In this document: in pieces, positions 61,526-64,000 of the stretch
Layout of the letters: each line of letters opens with the position of its first letter
Numbering within the stretch: the stretch's first letter is position 1
Assembly: GCA_964022095.1 (NCBI GenBank)
Contig: CAXHZO010000001.1
Coordinates: forward strand, 224,001 to 288,000
DNA: 64,000 nt
Direction of reading: 5' to 3'
From: an uncultured Arcobacteraceae bacterium
Lineage (GTDB): Bacteria > Campylobacterota > Campylobacteria > Campylobacterales > Arcobacteraceae
Position numbers and translations under genes: made by a program
The notes under the pieces: model-generated
What the model saw: only the letters and a program-made list of their open reading frames with translations
Told to the model about the DNA's origin: nothing
The model's database searches: none

Positions 61526-62401
61526 CTAAAATTTAATTGATACATAAAAACTTAAGTCAAACTCATTATCTTCACTTAAAAAATTATTCTTTCTGTAAAT
61601 TACATATGAGGGTTTGGTAGTAGTTTCAAACTCACTTTTAGGAAGCCACTCATGATAAACCCAGTGAATAAACTTTAGAATATCACCTTGTTTTCCTTCA
61701 ACATCAAATTTTGCATAAACACCATCTGATATTTTGAAATTAGGGAGCCTATCACTTTTTATATTGTTTTTTTCATCTGTAACAATACATGCAATATATT
61801 GACACTCTTCTAATGGAGTAATAGTAGGATTATCATGAAATAATGCAATTTGTTTATAGTTATGAATATCATTTGATAAAATCCAAGTTTGAAGTTTTTG
61901 CCAAGCTTGTTTTATATTTACATTATATCCTGGATTTCTAATATAAAAACTCTCAAAAGTTGGCATTTTAACAATTTCAGGAATTTTATCACTGAAATCT
62001 GCAGTTGAACGCATAGCAACATCTGATTGTTGTAAAATTTTATGGGAATAATCTTTATAACCACCATTTCTCCACTGTTTTGGTGTCATTTCAAATCTAT
62101 TTTTAAAAGTTTTTATAAATGAAGATTGAGAAGAGTATCCACAATCATTTGCAATTTCTGATATTGTGGAATATTTATTTGTTAAAAGTAAATTAGATGC
62201 TTTTTGCAATCTGATTGATTTTATACTTTCATAAATATTTTTTCCAAATGCTTCTTTAAAAATTCTATGCATATGAAATTTACTTACACCAAAATCAATA
62301 CTTAACTCTTCAATATCAATATTTGTATCAATATGAGTATAGATATAAAACATAATATCATTTGCTATTTTTGTTCTTTTTTGTAATGTTACTTTCTTCA
62401 T
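61526..62401 (-). CDS. AraC family regulator with C-terminal GyrI-like domain
   Basis: SKFHMHRIFK, IRLQKA, CGYSSQSSF, TPKQWR; HDNP, YHEWLP. Confidence 0.9.
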   Translation of the reverse strand: MKKVTLQKRTKIANDIMFYIYTHIDTNIDIEELSIDFGVSKFHMHRIFKEAFGKNIYESIKSIRLQKASNLLLTNKYSTISEIANDCGYSSQSSFIKTFKNRFEMTPKQWRNGGYKDYSHKILQQSDVAMRSTADFSDKIPEIVKMPTFESFYIRNPGYNVNIKQAWQKLQTWILSNDIHNYKQIALFHDNPTITPLEECQYIACIVTDEKNNIKSDRLPNFKISDGVYAKFDVEGKQGDILKFIHWVYHEWLPKSEFETTTKPSYVIYRKNNFLSEDNEFDLSFYVSIKF

Positions 62402-62528
62402 GACAATAATTATAACACAAATAAACTATATTATTAGCACTAATGAAATATTTTTCTAGCACTTGAAAAGAAGAATTAATTCATTTTTTTTTCTACAATA
62501 ACACTCAATCAAAATATAGGTAAGGGTT

Positions 62529-63191
62529 TTGGAAAAACAAAAAGACTTAAATCAACAATTGGATCTATTGTTAAAACAGTGTGAAACTTTAAACTTGAGA
62601 AAATTAAAGTTAGATACTTTACTTATCGTAGTAAATCATCTTTTAAGTGATTACAGTAAAATGCAATTACCAAAAGGTGAAGAAGATACTAAAGTAATCT
62701 TAAGCCATATTAGAAGTCTAAAAGAGTACCTGGACAATAATATAATTACCCCCGATACACTGTTTTACATTTTCCAAAATGAAAATAAGTCTTTATTACT
62801 TAAAAAGATTTCAACAAATATTCAACCAATGAGAGCTTATTATAAGTTTATAACGTCTATCTTTTCTTCCAAGCTAGAAAAAGGCTCTTATTGGATTCCT
62901 GAACTTCTTGCCTTTAGTTTGATTTATAATTATAAAAAAGAGTTTGGTAAATCTTTTGGATCATACACTTTTTTAGATAATTTTCCTGTTGAGAAAATAT
63001 TAGACATATATAATAAAAACAATATAGCAGTAAAAAAAGAACTAGCACTTAAAGATAATAAATCAACATGGGAAATAAAAACAAGTTTAGATCAAATGTA
63101 CGATATATCTGAATCAATGATTTATAAGTATCTAAACTATAATTTTAAAATAAATAAAAGAGTTTCTAAATCAAGAAAAAAAAGAAGATAG
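62529..63191 (+). CDS. Hypothetical protein
   Basis: 220-aa ORF, TTG start after AAGG, TACAAT -10 at 62494. Confidence 0.7.
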   Translation: MEKQKDLNQQLDLLLKQCETLNLRKLKLDTLLIVVNHLLSDYSKMQLPKGEEDTKVILSHIRSLKEYLDNNIITPDTLFYIFQNENKSLLLKKISTNIQPMRAYYKFITSIFSSKLEKGSYWIPELLAFSLIYNYKKEFGKSFGSYTFLDNFPVEKILDIYNKNNIAVKKELALKDNKSTWEIKTSLDQMYDISESMIYKYLNYNFKINKRVSKSRKKRR

Positions 63192-63211
63192 ATTAATAAT
63201 CTATCTTCTTT
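63181..63211. terminator. Bidirectional terminator between the hypothetical gene and pqqE
   Basis: AAAGAAGATAGATTA-a-TAATCTATCTTCTTT. Confidence 0.7.
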
Positions 63212-64000
63212 TATATTTTGTTATTAATAAAAGCTAATGAATTCTTTTTATTTCTGTAAACTAATTCTTGATCAGAGAATTTAACACTCTCCTCAATTTT
63301 TCTATCAATAACACCATGATCAGGTGATTTTGAACAAACAGGATCAGTTGCATGCATATCACCAGTTAAAGCATATGCCTGACATCTACAACCACCAAAG
63401 TCTTTATCTCTTTCATCACATGTTCTACATGGTTCATTCATCCAAGAATCACCTCTGAAGTGATTAAATGATTCAGAGTCATACCAAATATCTTTGATTG
63501 AATAATCTTTTACATTTGGCCATTCAATTGGCATTGTATTAGCTGTATTACAAGGTAGCGCCATACCGTCTGGGTTAATTGTTAAGAACGTTGTACCTAA
63601 TCCATTCATACAAGCTTTTGGTCTATCAGCAAAATAATCGGGAACAACAAAGAAAGCTTTCATATCCTTCTTCTTTGATCTATATTTATCAGTAACTTCT
63701 TTAGCAATTGCTAATTGTTCTTTATTTGGTAAAAGAGCATTAATATTTTCTAATGCCCAACCATAATATTGAATATTTGCTATTTCTAAGTAATCTGCAT
63801 CTAAAACTTCATCTGCAAACTCAATAATTTCACCAACTTGATGAATATTTTGTCTAGTTATGCAAGTATTTACTATTAATTGCATGCCAGAATCTTTAAT
63901 TTCTTTTGCAATTTTTAACTTTTGTTTATATGCACTTTTATTATTAGTCACTAAAACCATTGTATTTTCATCGTGAGATTGAATACCAAGTTGTACTGTT
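63211..64000 (-). CDS. pqqE: PqqA peptide cyclase PqqE (radical SAM/SPASM), 3' part; frame open to the window end
   Basis: QYYGWA, FVVPDY...RPKACMNG, PDG.ALPC, FRGDSWM.EPCRTC...DFGGCRCQA...DPVC.KSP. Confidence 0.93.
   Translation of the reverse strand, partial: TVQLGIQSHDENTMVLVTNNKSAYKQKLKIAKEIKDSGMQLIVNTCITRQNIHQVGEIIEFADEVLDADYLEIANIQYYGWALENINALLPNKEQLAIAKEVTDKYRSKKKDMKAFFVVPDYFADRPKACMNGLGTTFLTINPDGMALPCNTANTMPIEWPNVKDYSIKDIWYDSESFNHFRGDSWMNEPCRTCDERDKDFGGCRCQAYALTGDMHATDPVCSKSPDHGVIDRKIEESVKFSDQELVYRNKKNSLAFINNKI

Noticed and set aside
62431-62465. TTAGCACT as a second CIRCE or part of the GCTAT regulon
   Set aside because: No inverted partner half-site; only two copies with no intermediate 11-bp unit
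63592-63615. PqqE motif reads CMNGLG rather than the commonly seen CMxGWG
   Set aside because: Single substitution; SPASM cysteines and the frame are intact, so no evidence for a pseudogene

Overview
AT-rich chromosomal segment of a Campylobacterota (epsilonproteobacterial) bacterium, most likely Arcobacteraceae judging from gene content and the yajC-secD-secF-leuS-lptE-folC-M23-bactofilin-mfd backbone (inference, not a database result). Most of the window is housekeeping: groEL/groES with a CIRCE operator, ispA, panD, xseA, ubiE, mfd, folC, leuS, secDF, lnt, cca, proS, hemA, ispB, hisD and aroK. No rRNA, tRNA, CRISPR array or transposase was seen. Two accessory modules stand out once the non-coding DNA is read. 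(1) A putative phosphate-starvation island at 20.3-29.4 kb has three promoters with the same architecture: two GT(T/C/A)A(T/C) pentamers 11 bp apart, then 10 bp, then a -10 box. They drive a PhoX plus choice-of-anchor-I fusion lipoprotein, an uncharacterised operon (dihaem c protein, RcnA-like transporter, DUF1007, small secreted protein) and an OlsF-like ornithine-lipid synthase. (2) An alcohol/aldehyde-PQQ module at 56.6-64 kb holds an aldB-type aldehyde dehydrogenase, DUF779, a soluble FIST histidine kinase with an OmpR-type regulator, a 24-aa pqqA missing from the ORF track and a partial pqqE. The aldB promoter carries four GCTA(T) repeats at exact 11-bp phase, and the same array with the same geometry recurs 17 kb away in front of a degenerate XdhC-like gene. 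Also noted: a secreted delta-class carbonic anhydrase, a probable non-canonical ATC start codon, and a helicase with a degenerate primase-like domain.
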